A DNA stretch of 64,000 bases from Dimorphilus gyrociliatus. Lineage: Eukaryota; Animalia; Annelida. The DNA lies in assembly GCA_904063045.1 (NCBI GenBank), contig CAJFCJ010000015.1:1123034-1187033 (forward strand), written 5' to 3'. Shown here piece after piece: positions 39,546 to 56,772 of the stretch. A program made the translations under genes and the position numbers. The notes under the pieces are model-generated. The model saw only the letters and a list, made by a program, of their open reading frames with translations. It was not told the DNA's origin and did no database searches. The first letter of the stretch is position 1, and the number at the start of each line of letters is the position of its first letter.

Positions 39546-41936
39546 TTACAGACTCTTTTTCTTTGGCTTTCGACCAGCTTTTTTCTTGCCTGGTTTATTT
39601 CCCTTTAGTTTGCAATTGGGACAAAACCATTTCATATTTTCAGGTGGTTCATCTTTTATACCTACACATATCCAGTGACACCTAGAAAACATATGGATAT
39701 GTTTTAACATTTACTATAGTTAAAGATTTTATTCTAAAACTAACCAATCGTCGCAATTGTCACAGCCTATCATAGGGCTACCATCGTCCGGATGAGTACA
39801 TACAGGACAAATCCATACCCTCTCACCTTCCGTTGTCTGATCGAATAAATCAGATCATCAAAATGAAATTGGTTCTGGTAAAAACTTTTTTTTAAAGCCG
39901 TTACTTACCACAGTGGAACTCATAGTTTCGGCTAAAACACGCATAGAAGATGCTTCCTTCTTCTGCGCCAAAGTTTTTACTTTAGATTTAGGAGGTGATG
40001 GAACAGATAGTACAGGTACTGTCCCTTTGGGGCTGTCTAGTTTAAGAGATGGAGGAGCAGGAGCAGGAGAAATATCTTTCTCAGGAGAAGAATTTTTAAT
40101 TACCCTAAAAAATTAAAGAAAGATCCTATGTAATTGACACAATAGATAATAGCGTAAATACTCACAATTTTGGTAAAGAATGTCCACTGTCTTCAACAGG
40201 TGGTGTGGATATCTGAGCACCACCAAATTTAAATTTCAATTTTGGCCTTGCAGGACTACTTTCTTCCAATGTCTCTTTCTCTAAACGCTCTTTTTCCTTC
40301 TTTTCTTTCTTCTTTTCCTTTTTTTCTTTGTCTTTCTTCTTATCTTTATCCTTTTTCTTTTTCTTCTTTTTCTTCTCTTCTGTGACTAGAGGAGTAGTGA
40401 TTGGAGGGGAGGTGTCCAGTAAAGAGGGAGCTGCAGCAAAAGCTGGTGTATAACTAGGCGAAGGATCGGCAGCAAATGGCGGCAAAGGAATTTCTGGTGG
40501 TAGGCTGGGACTTCGCCTCTCCTGAACAACGTCTTCTTGTTGCTGCAGTTGTAATTCTTGTTGCAATTGCTGTTCCTTCAGCTGCTGCTCTTTTTGTTGT
40601 TGTTGCAGTTGCTGTTCTTGCTGTAAAGCTTCTTTCGCAGCCTTTTTTGCAGCTTTTCTTTTTGCCTTTAATTCTTTATCTACAATTTCGAACGCCTCCT
40701 CTAATTCTCTTTCCATTCTCTCTTTCTTGTCTGCTTCGTATTCTGTAAGAAGCCGATGAATTACTTTATCAATAAATTCTCCGTAATTCTCTAAGCGACG
40801 TTTTTTGGCTTCTTTTTCTTTTTTCTTATCTGACGAGTCATCAACTGCTTTTATAGACTTTTTAGTAACCTGTAATATTTTAAAAATCCATCAGTTTTTT
40901 GAAACAAACTACTGAATCATATAAAATTTTTTATTATTGAAAGTAAAACAATATACCTTCTTAGTAGATGGAGCTGCAACTGGTGGTGCCGGACGAAAGT
41001 CAGGATCACCGCCTACTTTAGTATTCCCTGTTGGTTTTGGATCTACAACGTCGACATCGACATCCTCATTTTCATGTCGTACGACAACACTTGCAGGAGG
41101 AGGTACGGCTTGAGGTTTCGATAGGAAAAATTTCGAAGGAACGCTATGATTAATAGGAGGTGGAGTTTTTGCTTCAGGTCGAGTGCCAGCTGTTGTTGGA
41201 GCGCAGACAACACCATTTCGAAGAATGACAGAGCGTGGCACGTACTGTGAGTGACCAGCCTCGTCAGGTAATGCTTTATTCCCAGCTGATCCTCTTTTAG
41301 ATGGGGAGTCTTGTTGTTGATTTTGAGGTGTACCTTCTGATGATGCCCTATCTACATCTGAAAGAGATTTTTATGAAAACCTTTCAAACACTACTTTAAA
41401 ATAATTAAGAAAAAAGCCAAAAATTTATAAAATTATATCTTAAACCAATTTACCCATCGCTTCCTGGTTGAATAGAGGAAAATATTCGTCCACATACTCA
41501 GGTCTTTCTTGGAGATTTTTTCTCCCAATTTTAGGTATCCTTAGATCATCAGCTCTGGGATAAGGAAATTGACAAACATCGGTGCTATTATCCTGTGATC
41601 CTTTTACAAGGGCTTCAGCAAATTGTCTAAGTTCACTCTCTGTAATACACATATCTTGAAAGGCTAATTCGAGATCGCCAAAGAAAACTTCTCTTCTGCC
41701 AACTGCAAAAAGGTATATCAATTAATTATGAAATTCATAATTTCAGAAATAAGGTGTAACTTACAATGCTCTGCATATTTATGCATTAAAACACATGTTT
41801 CCTGGAGTCTTTTTTCCAAAATATCGGCAAGCAACTCCAAACATGAGTCGTGAGAGCTCACCCAGCCGATTTGTATAGCGATTTTTGCAACACAGCATCG
41901 TAACGAATTACGAGCATAGTTTAAACTATTAGACAT
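39546..41936 (-). CDS. TAF3: TFIID subunit 3 (N-terminal BTP histone fold, C-terminal PHD finger)
   Basis: N-terminus YARNSLRCCVAKIAIQIGW, Lys-rich and polyQ middle, PHD with CPVCTHPDDGSPMIGCDNCDDW..WFCPNC. Confidence 0.9.
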
Positions 41937-42321
41937 TATGAAGAATAATTAATCCGCCAAAGTGCGTAGAAAAAAACTATATTGTAATGGGCATTAATAT
42001 CCATAGCAGGCGAGAAACGTTGCGGAAATCAATGAAACGGGACGCCGTTCGCCATCTTAAACACCTATTTTCGTATGAAAACAACTGGTAGTACTACTTA
42101 CTCAATTTTTTACGCATTTGTAACTCAGACCGCAACTTGTTAGGTCGATTAATAGATTTTTTTACAAAGAATTTATTTAATTTGCTTATTTTATGTATTT
42201 CACAAATAAAACAATTGACTGTTATTTAGTATCTTTCTTTTTCTGGCCATTCAAAAAAATTTACGATTTCAAATATTCCGCCTCGGCACTTTTACTTTTA
42301 AACCGGAAACCGGATTAAGAT

Positions 42322-42335
42322 ATTTCTATGGAAAC
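42322..42335 (+). promoter_or_regulatory. RFX X-box-like site ATTTCTATGGAAAC about 58 bp upstream of the CFAP100 ATG
   Basis: Matches the relaxed 14-bp X-box consensus, and its position next to a ciliary gene fits. Confidence 0.55.
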
Positions 42336-42392
42336 ATTAAAACAATAATAGTTGGTTTTAAAACCTTATTGTAGAAGTTTTAGATTTCTAAA

Positions 42393-45153
<2,761 letters not shown>

Positions 45154-45944
45154 TAACGCTATTGAAGTGGGAGACAAGCATTATTAATATCATTGACAAA
45201 TATGACCCAATAAATAACTGTTTTTTTTTTTAATATGATGAAATATTTCCATCTGGTTCAATATAAAAAGACTGTATAGAAAATTGGTGTTGTGCAGTAC
45301 TACAATTTATCACAATTTCGCTTATAGTATAATTTAATGTTATACAACTATTTAGCTAATTTCTAGCATCCTATAGCTTGTTTTTTTGCACTAAGAATCT
45401 CCATCTCTTTCTATTCGATTAAGTTTGCTCTGTAGAGGGAGAGATATTATGCAATATATCCCAGTTCTTCTAAAAACGACACGAGTTAGTGATTGTAGGC
45501 TTAGGTTATGTATGCTCTCAATTCAGTTCAAGTTCATTTTCTATGCTACCCTCCTAGTTTTTAGTCCTACCTAACTTTAAAATATTACTTTCTTGATAAA
45601 GGCTCTCTGCTCTCTTTTTTTTTTACCTCTGTGTAATTTATATCATATTTGTATTTAAGCCTAGATCTACCAAAATACCATTGACACCATCGAGGGGTTT
45701 CTATGGAAGTAACCTCGCTTTTTAAATCTCTTGACTTGGTTATCTAAAGATGATACTAGTACATTTTTAATTTTGCTATTACAATAGTAAACATGTTTAC
45801 GATTGGTCGAAATTTGGTAAATGTCCTCAAAACCATTCTTATATTTAGCTACAAATGTAACAAAACATATAACATTTTGGACAAATAAGATATAAAGAGA
45901 AGGAATAGGCATAGCAGAGAAAATAACAAAGCAAGAGAGAGGGC

Positions 45945-45950
<6 letters not shown>

Positions 45951-45987
<37 letters not shown>
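45951..45987. repeat. (AG)18 microsatellite
   Basis: Read directly from the sequence. Confidence 0.95.
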
Positions 45988-45992
<5 letters not shown>

Positions 45993-46504
45993 GTGTATCT
46001 ATTATAGGTGTATTTGTCTGTACATGTACAGGTTAGACTGAGACGATAGAGAGATTTATAATTTAATATTTTAAATCAATTTTACATTATTTATGATAAA
46101 GTAAAAATTTAAAAAGTAGGCCTCTAGTAATTCCATTGATGTTTAGATATTTTACCAACAGATATAATTGATTGGCACCTCATATTTTCTCTCTGTTGAT
46201 TAAAATCTTTTGACTAGGATGGGTTAAAAACAGCTTAAAATATAAATATTAAATTCAAAAACTACTGACAATTCTTTTATAAGTAAAATTAGAATTTAAA
46301 TTTAACATTTGTTTAGTTAAATTAGGTATATTTTTAACAAATTTCATGAAACGTATTTGTGTATAGTCGATCCAGTTCGTTCCAGATCTCACATTTGCAT
46401 AACGCGCATGCGTAAGGCTTGAAATCAGCTGAGAGCAGTTCGGACTGGTTTACATTAGCAATTTCTTCGTCAGAGCGAATTTAAAGAAACGTTCTTTCAC
46501 CGCT

Positions 46505-48273
46505 ATGGATTGGTCGCAATTGGAGGCTGCAAGATCCATGTGGAGTCTTTACACTCCTCCATCTCCTAATCCACCCGCAAAATTCAATCGAAAATGCTCG
46601 TCGGTAAGCAATCTGGCAGTTACAGATCATACTTCCATGGTAAATATTCCTGAATCCCGGATTGTTCTGCACGAAGAAGCAATACAGCCCGAACCGAAAA
46701 ATTCAAAAGTTCTATTACCAGACTCAAATAATTTCTCTAATCCGAAACTGGGAAAGAATCAAATAAAAAACTTGATTGCTTTAAGTTCGTCCTTCGCTCT
46801 TCTCTACTTGGCCTTTTTTTCGTTGCGCAATTTGCAGAGTTCGCTTCACAGTACAGGTATCCATTCTTTGGCTGCCATGTACATATCGTATATAGTAGGT
46901 TGTTTCTTCGCTGCACCTGCTTTATCTCTCATAGGTCCAAAATGGGCGATACTATCAGGGATGCTATCAGTACTAGTTTATATTGGGTCTATGTTCTTCC
47001 CGGATTTGCTGATTCCGGCAAACGTTCTGCTAGGTATTCTACTGGCCTTCATGTGGATCGCCCAAGGATCGTACCTTACAACAATAGCCATGGAATTCGC
47101 ACAGAAGACCATCCGTCCCGTTCGAGCGGTTTTGGGACTATTTAATGGGACCTTCCTTTTTTTGCTTCATCTTTCCCAAATAGCTGGTAACCTAATTTCA
47201 TCCGCTGTACTATCACCTACCATCGAATTGACCAACAGCAGCGAAGCGATCCCAAATCATACGGCGGAAACCTGCGGCGTCGAATTCTGCCACAATCAAG
47301 ATTCTACCACCTCTCAACAAAAGTTGCAGATTGATTCCTTTACAATATTAATTATTCTTTTCGCTGCTGTATCAATAACGGGTGTTATTGTACTAATTGC
47401 TTTTCTAGACCAGAAGAAAGAGAAGAGGCAGATGCTAGGAAAACGAGCGGCATGTATGCAAATAATGACTATATTAGAAATCCATAAAGATTTTAAGCTT
47501 CTCCTACTCATACCACTCATGATTTACGTCGGAATGCAAGAGGCTTTGATATTTGGGGAATTTACACGAGCTTACGTAAGTTGTCTGCTAGGTTTACATC
47601 GAATCGGCTATATAATGGCCGTTTTCGGTACAGCCGACGCTGTTGGGTAAGTTACTAAACTATAAATATAATTTGCCTGTTAACAAATTTGCCTTACATT
47701 CCTTTCAATTCTCCAACAATGTACCCTCACAGATCAATTGTGTTTGGTAAGCTACAAAAGTATGTGCCCATAAATGGTTTCGTTGCGATAGCTGTTTGCG
47801 CGAATTCAGCTACTTTATGTGCTATGTTTTTATGGGATCCAAAACCAGATTTCTTAGTCTGTTCACTATTTGCTTGCGCGTTAGGCATCGGTGATGCAAT
47901 ATGGCAAACTCAGTTCTTTAGTATGTAAAATGATATTTCTATATTTATCACAGCTTTATTATTCATTGATTAAAAAACAATTTCTTTTGCAATAGGTCTA
48001 TGTGGAATTCTATTTGAAGGAAAGACGGACCAGGCTTTTTCCTCATTACGTCTTTATGAAGCTTCTGGCTTTGCCATATCCTGTTTATACTCTACTACTC
48101 TGTGTATGAAATTCAAATTTTATATTATGTTTGTTATGCTAGTCCTAGGTGTTGCATGTTATGTTGCAATGAATGTTATAAAAAATTTGAACAAGCCGAA
48201 AAAGACCAATGTCAACGTCATTCAGGTTCTATTTGTCGGTGATAACGGAGTAAAAGATCGTCTTACTGGTTAA
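46505..48273 (+). CDS. UNC93A: UNC-93-like MFS membrane protein; 3 exons
   Basis: KNLIALSSSFALLYLAFFSLRNLQSSL, WIAQGSYLT, GEFTRAYVSC..IGYIM and LGIGDAIWQTQ. The exact orthologue is uncertain. Confidence 0.78.
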
Positions 48274-48433
48274 AATGAACAGTTTTTGCATTGAAAATTA
48301 TATCTGAATTTATCATACTTAAAAAAGATTCAATAAATAAACGGTACGCAAAACGAAAAGAGATTCAAAGGGTAATTTTTACCAATTAAAAGTATTTAAC
48401 AGAACAATATTACATAGCTTAACATATTACTGT

Positions 48434-51400
48434 TCAAGTTGTAGAATGTTTAGTAGTTTCAAAGAGACCTTTACGGAAGAATTCGTGAAAGTTAGTAAGA
48501 GTATATTTGGAGTAATACTTGACGTTTTTTGGATGCAGAGGACTAGCAGGATTCTTTTGAATCATTCTTAATACGCTTCTAAGATAGTCCTCTAACTGGT
48601 TCTGTCTTTCATTGACTATTTTCCCTGATAGATTAACAAACCATTTCTTAGGGGGAAGTTGAAGTACCATGATTTCTGGATATTTGCAGCTTAACTCTGC
48701 ATGAAATTCTCTAAATCTCGTATAACGACGATAAACCGACCATTGTTCTTCTCCAACTTGTAATTCGATAATGAAATCATAATAAAGATCCCAACGAGAA
48801 CTTCTCTTTATATATGAGGGTATTCGCACTTGGAACGCTTCCGTAGGATTTTCCTGACTCGAATACAAATCCAATCTTTCAATTTCCTCCTAGACGTAGA
48901 CGGTCGGAAAAAAAATACAATTTTATTTTAAAGCTGTACAAGTAACCTTACATCATATTCTAAACTTTTTTCTATCCAGTTTTCGTCTCCGTTCTGCATC
49001 TGTCAAAAACAACTTAGCGTTTAACATTTAATTTGGTTTTCAATTAGACGTCACTAACCATTGACGTTGCGAAGGGATTAGCTTGTGTACAAGTAGACTT
49101 TTCCCCGTTTCTACAAAAAAAATTTTCAAATAGAAACAACAGATAAAAATCAGGAAATCAGAAGAGTGTAGTGGTTGAAAATGTTTTTGTAATATAAAAT
49201 TGATATTTAAAGAAATATCAATGTGCTCAGTGCTAACAATAAAAAATATACCATTAGTAAAATTTAATATTAATCCTGATGGGAAAAAGCGGTGGATAGG
49301 AGAGGTGGGAATATTTGTAATTGAATTAATATAAACAAGTTATTAGAAAGCAAAGCTAACGTACTTTAACCTTTTTATTTCTCTACGATGAGTTTCTTTT
49401 AGACGTATCATCTCTTGACGCCGTTCTAGTCTATCTTTTTCTCTGTCTTTTTGGCGCAATTTTTCCATTTGAACCTTCTCTTCGAAAAGTCGTCTTCTAA
49501 CTTCTCTCTCAATGATATGCCTCAATCTGAGATTGTATGAAAAACAATGTTAAATTTACTTGCTAGAGAATTTCCTCTTAATATTTAATCCTTCAACCTA
49601 TTGCTATCGTTATCTCCAGGTATGGACGACAGAACTGTTAGTTCAGAATCAGATGTATTATCAGAAGTATAATAACTCGTTTGCATTGGCTCTTCGCTTC
49701 TGCGATTTGCAACTTCATCAAAATTCTCAACACTGCTGGAGGTAGTTGATACTACGTCATTCTGACTTCGATCAATCTTAACGATTGCTGATTGGGGAAC
49801 AGTAAAATAATTAATCTTTATGTTTACTACTATCTTAATCTATGTTTTTAGTACTTTCAATTGGAGAATTGTCAGCCAACTGATCCATCTTACTCTCATA
49901 AACATTCATCGAGCTCAAAAGATCTGCTTCAATGGTCAATAGTTTATCCTCCAAATTTTTTTTCTCTTTATCAATCTCAATATTGCGACCTTTCGTAATC
50001 CTACAAAACTTCTTGTTAGTTATATAATAATTGCACATGCAGTAAATCAAACCTTTTTGCAGTTTCTAATCGTCTTTCAAGTTCTTTAAGTTCCTCAACA
50101 TCGTCCTCTTGACGAAGACGTACTTTGTTTTCTTCATCATCAAGTCGATGTAACAAATCTTTAACAAAATCTTGACGTTCGGTGTCAATAGCCTTGACAT
50201 CATCTCTCACAGAATTCAATTTTTCAATTTGACTATCTCTATGCATTTGTAATTGATCAAGACGATCTTTGTAAAGTTTTTCCGCACTATGTTCATCATC
50301 TTGAAGTTGTTTTGCCTCCATAGCGATACGCAAGCGTTCTGTTTCAATTGCTGAAATTTCTTTTTCCAGCTCTTGATCTTCAGTCTCTTGCCATTGTTCA
50401 AGGTTATCTTCACATTCTTTTAAGATTACTCTGTCAGCTTCAAGTATGGACTTTCTCTTTTGAAGTTCTTCTTGCTGGCGTTCGTAATCCGAAATAACGC
50501 TTGCTTCACTTTCTTTAAACTGTTGTAAATAAGATCTCTCCTGCTCTTTCAATTCTTCCTGAGCCTGTTTTATCATTTGCAACTCTGAGAGTAACTTGGA
50601 CTTAGTTTCCACATCCATTTCCTTAGCGAGCTCATCGTCGATTAAAGCACCATTAAGAATTTTTTTTAAGTGTTCTCTATCACGATTAATAATTTCTCTT
50701 TCCTTTTCTCGTTCATTTCGCAATTGTTTCTCTTTCTCCATAACTTCGTATTCGCATTTTTTAAGTTTCTCAACATTTTCAACTAACTCTTCGTCTAATT
50801 TTTCCACGATAACTTTAGTTTTTTCTCTTTCACAAACTAATTTTGAATATAGTTTTTCTCTCTCCTAATATTTAGAAAGCAGTAAAACATGAGTCAAATA
50901 GAAACTCTAACCTAATATAATATTTACCTTTTGTAAAGCGTCCATGTGCTTCTCTATCGAAACAAAATTTTCATTTAGGAGATCCTCCGACTTCTACGAA
51001 AAGTTATAATGAAAAATTCTTATCGTATATTAACAGTATAAAGATTTTAAAAAGTACTCACAAGGTCGCTTGTACTTATATTCAAACTTTTATCTATGTT
51101 CGTTTTATTCATTTCCATACCGACTGACAGTCGTTTTAATTTCTCGTCTAAAGCAGGACTATCTTGACTATAGACGAAATAGAAACATTTTAACTATTGT
51201 TAAAGATATATAAAATATACACGTACTTAAACGCCATTAGATTTTCACAAGATCTAGCTAAATCCGTCATAGACTGTCCAAGTGTAGACAACCTTCTCTG
51301 ATGCGCTGGACTGTTCTATTAAATCAACAAAATCTTATATATATTTGGATTAGGACAACCAAAGCAAATAGATTCAGATTAGAAAATTTATTCATAAATT

Positions 51401-53986
51401 AACCTTTATTTCGTCTCTTAATTTCGCTGCTTGAGACGGATGATTAAATCTAAAGACATTAACTTGTCCAAAACAGAGAACATCGCCTAAGTGCATTAAA
51501 GTGGTCATGTTTGTATAAAATAATCAATGAAGAATTAATACAAATGTGTAAATTGTGTAAATACCTTGTTTAAGTTGTACGCGGTTTATGATAGTTTCAC
51601 CATTTAAGGTGCAAATTGCACCTTCACTTGGAAGCATGAAAACAGATCCTTTTTTTGTATTTTCGATGGTACAGTGTTCAAACAAAACATCATCTCCATT
51701 TAACTCTAAATGTATATAAAAAATTTCAATATTATTAATATTGTTATAAAATATTATTAATTTTTACCAATATCTGGCGGCACTTTCTCATTTTGTACAC
51801 CTATTCTGTTTATTCCTTCCCTCAGCTCAAATAAGGCAATACCGGTTGAAAGTAAATCATCATCTATCCCTATCAAATGGGGTAAGTTGGAATGGAGGAC
51901 AACGCCAGTACCCTGTCTACTTAAATCAAGAGCTCCGCCACCAGATTTTAATATTTGGGCTGCTTTCTGCCATCTGGCTTGCCATTCTTCAGTGAGTTCT
52001 TTAATCTATAATATGGTTAATTGAGATTAAGATTGCTGAGAATAAAAGTGTAATTTAAATTACATACCTTGGCTTCATTTTCGTGTAATTTTTCTTGTAC
52101 ACGAGGACTTGATGTGCTATCCTACAGATAATTTTATGAATTAATGAAATTACCCTGGTCAAAAATTATTCGAAAAATAGTTACAATATGAGAGCCAATC
52201 ATAGACTTCAACCGCTCAATCTCAGCTCTCAAATCTCTTATTAATTTAACATTCGGGTCTTCATTTATGGTCGGTTTATTGATAATGTTCTTGGCTCTAT
52301 TTGCAAATCTCAAAGTACTTAACGTTTCGCCGTAATTTACATCCGCAGGAGAAATTGCTATTCAAATAAAAAAAAATGTAATGAGAGATAATCAGGCAGA
52401 GGCTGACTTTCATATATTACTTACTGGCAATCATTATTGTTTTTGAATTTCCTCCGAGGCTATCTTTCAATAACCACGATAAAACAGAATCTCGATATGG
52501 GATAAAAGCATTTCTTTTACTCTTCTCACTCAGATCAGCTGTTATAAAAAATAGTATATCGAAAATATTCATCAAATAAGTTAGACAAACCGAGAGCAGA
52601 AATTACATTTCCAAGTGTCGTTAGAGAACGATTAATACTACCACCCTCTTTCAATCTTTGTCCAGTAGCACCTGTTGCATCAGCTCGCTCACTGCAAATA
52701 AATTTGAACTTTTTAACTTGAAAAATATAACGAAAAGAAGATATTTAATACCTTCCGGCTAAGTCGACTAAGTGAATTTTACTGCTGGTTTCACTAGGAA
52801 TGTTACCAGTAAATTTCGCCTAATATAAAAGTATTAATGAATTTAACATTCTTTTCTGTTAGTTAGTAAGAAACCTGTGTAAAATTGACAGTAAATATTG
52901 CATGACTTCGACTGCTGGTGTCATTCATATTCGTTGAAGCAGTAGTTCTGATAAAAAACGAAGTTTATAAGCCATAGTTAATTTGAGTACTGTTATCAAC
53001 CTATGAGTATTTCCGCAATCCATTAACTCTAAAATGTCATCATATTTCTGAACAATGTGCTTTGATAAATCTTGTACATAAGGCCCTTGTTTCGGATGTT
53101 CTCGAACTTTTAAAGAATGTTGCGACTTAGGTTTTAGCAGATCTCTGACTTTTTCATTGTAAATTTCTAGATAACTACGGATAGTATGAAGAAATGGTTA
53201 AAAAATCTAAGTATTAATTACTAATTATAAATTAATTAACTCACCTTACAACTGTTTGATATGTTGTGTCCAAATCTTTCATTCTAGAAAATAGAGCTTT
53301 ACAAATTCTGGGGGTGAGACCGGCGTCATCCTATTTTAAAGCATAATTTGCACATTGTACATTTAAATATGTTTTTTGCATGTAAAACACATTCTATTTT
53401 ATCACCTGAGCTCCAGTCATGGTATATGTCTTACCAGATCCAGTTTGTCCATACGCAAAAATACATGCATTGTAGCCTTCGTAAGCGGAATTTATGACAT
53501 CTTCACCTAAGTCACTGAAAACCTATTGCGTAATAAAAAATAGAATCGTGTTAGAGAAAAATTAGTATTTTCAAAAATTAAAACCTTTTCTTGAGAGTCG
53601 AATCGCACCTCACTTCTACTGACGCTCCAATACGAATAATCGTAAGTGAATTCTTTACATTTATCACTGGGGAACGTATTAAAATTTGAGGCCTCCAAGA
53701 GCTAAAAATAGACAGAGGAGGGGCAAATTCAATGCAAAATCAAGCGTATTTTTTCTCAAACCTTTGGATTTAATATAGATGTTTTGCAATCATCCATTTG
53801 AATAATAAATCTGCTCCCCATGTCCAATTCTCTACAAGTCAAAGAGTAAATAACAGGACAAAAAACATTAACAACATTCTTAAAAAAGTGTAAACATTAC
53901 AAAAATTGGCTTTAAAGTAATTACCGTTGATTTAGAGGTCTGACTCGAACTGCCACCTTTACAGACGACATTTTGCTCTTTTTCAT
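48434..53986 (-). CDS. KIF16B: Kinesin-3 motor with C-terminal PX domain; multi-exon
   Basis: [12 protein letters not shown]-loop GQTGSGKT, switch motifs NDTSSRSH and DLAGSER, a coiled-coil stalk, and PX domain [16 protein letters not shown]. Confidence 0.93.
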
Positions 53987-54612
53987 CAGCTTAGAGTATA
54001 AATCGAAGTTATATTTCACATATGTTTGTCACACTTTTGTACTTCCGGTGCGGATACTGTCATGTGACTAAAAAAAAGTTGTATGGTCAAAGCGACATCT
54101 GCTGTTTTCTACAGTAAAATCAATCTTCCGATTATTTTGTTTGTTTGTTTGTTTTTACCAGTCTAAGCGAACTTTTATAATGTGTTACAACTTTAAAATA
54201 AAAAATGAAACAGTTTTTTCAAAAAACTATGGCCTAAAATTCAATTCACACCAAGTTCGTAATTTCGAACATTTGCTATTTTATTATGTAATTCAGTACT
54301 TTTGAAGTATTCATTAAACCCAAATGATTCAAAATATTATATAACGATTTATGCTATTAACAATAAAGCTAAAGAAAATCATATAATTTGGTAAATTTTG
54401 TTGGTTTCAAATTTCAGTATAAATAATTGTTTACTAATAATAAGTGCTAAGTATTTTTCATATAAAATAAGTAATATAAATGCTTTATATTTTAGTACGT
54501 ATTTTAATCTTTTCATTTTGATGGCCTTACCTATTAAAAAGAAAATAAATGAGAGTTTGAATAAGCCCTCGTTCAAAATTCGTGTGTACCACGTGACACT
54601 CACGTTGTAAAC

Positions 54613-56469
54613 ATGGCGGCCATTAGCAGAAGTCTTGGACAATCCGTTAAAAAATTGTTAAATACACACGTTAGTATTTTCCCATAACCTAGCTGCTAAA
54701 TTACTGTTAAAAGTCAATGTCTAATTATTATGGTAACTCCATAATACATATTTGTTAGAACTTACCTTGCTCATATTTTCAATATATCCTCTATGACCTC
54801 TATCGGTAAAAATTTTACATTGTTGAATTCTTTACAGAATGGGATCATTACATCTTGTCAACAAAGATTTCTTAATTTGCAAGAATATCAGAGCAAAAAA
54901 TTGATGCAAGATCATAAAATTACTGTTCAAAGATTTTGCGTAGTGGATAACTTGAAAGAAGCTAATGATATAGCAAAAAACTTCAGTAAGTTTCATTGTT
55001 TCGCTTTTTAGAAGACCTTTAAATAGCCATAGACGATCAAATTATTTAAAAAATGCTATATAAAAATTTATAGCAAAAGAGGCCATTCTTTGAAAATGAA
55101 GAAAATCAAACCTTGAAGTGTAACGTAACATTCCCAACTAGACAAAAAATATTCAAACTAATTGTATTAATTTGTAAAGCAAATTGTTTATAACTTCTAC
55201 TTTTCATATGAAACTTTTTCCAATAGAGGCTGATGAATATGTAATCAAAGCTCAGATTTTGGCTGGCGGCCGTGGAAAAGGCGTTTTTGACACAGGATTT
55301 AAAGGTGGTGTGAAATTAACAAAAAATCCAGATGAAGTTGCCAATTACATTGAAAAAATGCTTGGAAATAAATTGACGACAAAGCAAACTCCTCCGGGTG
55401 GTGTCAAAGTTAAAAAAGTTATGGTTGCACAAGCTTTAGATATATCTAGAGAAACCTACTTTGCTATATTGCTCGATAGAGCTACTGCAGGGCCTATTCT
55501 AGTTGGTAGTCCAGAAGGAGGCATGGATATTGAACAGGTAGCTGAGGACTCTCCTGAAAAAATTTTCAGAGGTAAACCAAATGCTTTTATCAGCGTATTA
55601 ACTTTCATATAAAAAATCTTTTGCAGAACCTATCGATATTGAAGTTGGATGCACACGGGAAATTGCTGAAAGAATGGCAAAAAATTTAAACTTTGAAGGA
55701 CAAAAATTAGTCGATTGTGCTGACCAGATAGAAAAATTGTACAATTTCTTTATCAAAGTGAGTTTCATATTTAATATAATTGTTATTTCTATTAGACTTA
55801 CATTACAACATAGGTTGATGCTACACAAGTAGAAATAAACCCTCTGGGAGAAACACCTCAAGGCCAAGTTGTCTGCTTTGATGCAAAAATAAACTTTGAT
55901 GACAACGCCGCATTCCGACAAAAAGAAATTTTTGCTTTGGATGACAACTCTGAAACAGATCCCAGAGAAGTTGAAGCCCAAAAGTACGAATTAAACTATG
56001 TTGGTATGGATGGTAATATTGGATGTCTAGTTAATGGTGCAGGCTTAGCTATGGCAACCATGGATATCATTAAGCATCATGGAGGTGAACCAGCCAACTT
56101 TTTAGACTGTGGTGGTGGCGTTACTGAAGGTCAAGTTCTCCAAGCTTTTAAGCTGTTGACTGCCGATCCAAGAGTTGAAGCTATCCTCGTTAATGTTTTT
56201 GGCGGTATTGTTGATTGTGCAGTCATTGCCAATGGCATAGTAAAAGCATGTAAGAATATTGACTTGAAAATTCCCGTTGTTGTCAGATTAGAAGGTAACT
56301 GCTGCTAGTAATTTGTGGTAACAGACATAAAATGTTAACTCTAACAATTTTCCTAACAGGCACCAATGTTGATAACGCAAAGGCTTTGTTGGAGCAGTCA
56401 GGATTATCTTTAATAACTGCCTCAGACTTTGGAGATGCAGCTGTGAAGGCTGTTGCTGCTCTCAACTAA
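54613..56469 (+). CDS. SUCLG2: Succinate-CoA ligase beta subunit, GDP-forming type; multi-exon
   Basis: [12 protein letters not shown] (GTP-type N-terminus), [12 protein letters not shown] and [21 protein letters not shown]. Confidence 0.9.
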
Positions 56470-56772
56470 AACGAGAAAAAAAAATAAAAATATAGTTACC
56501 TTTGTTTAGTAACTTCGGTTACTTCTCGATTTCTCTTTGTTTGCTAAATACAACTGATAATAGTCTAGTAACGAAACTGTCCGTGCAAATTATGATAATT
56601 AAATGAAAAATCCAAAAATAATTCAGAGTTATGGCTTCAACTTATATTACAATTATTTATTTAATTACATAGTAATTCGAGAGAACAATCAAGGCAGCAT
56701 TTGATAGAGATAAGATAAATATTATCACTTATTTATTTTTTATAAATATAAACATATATATGCAGTTTGCTC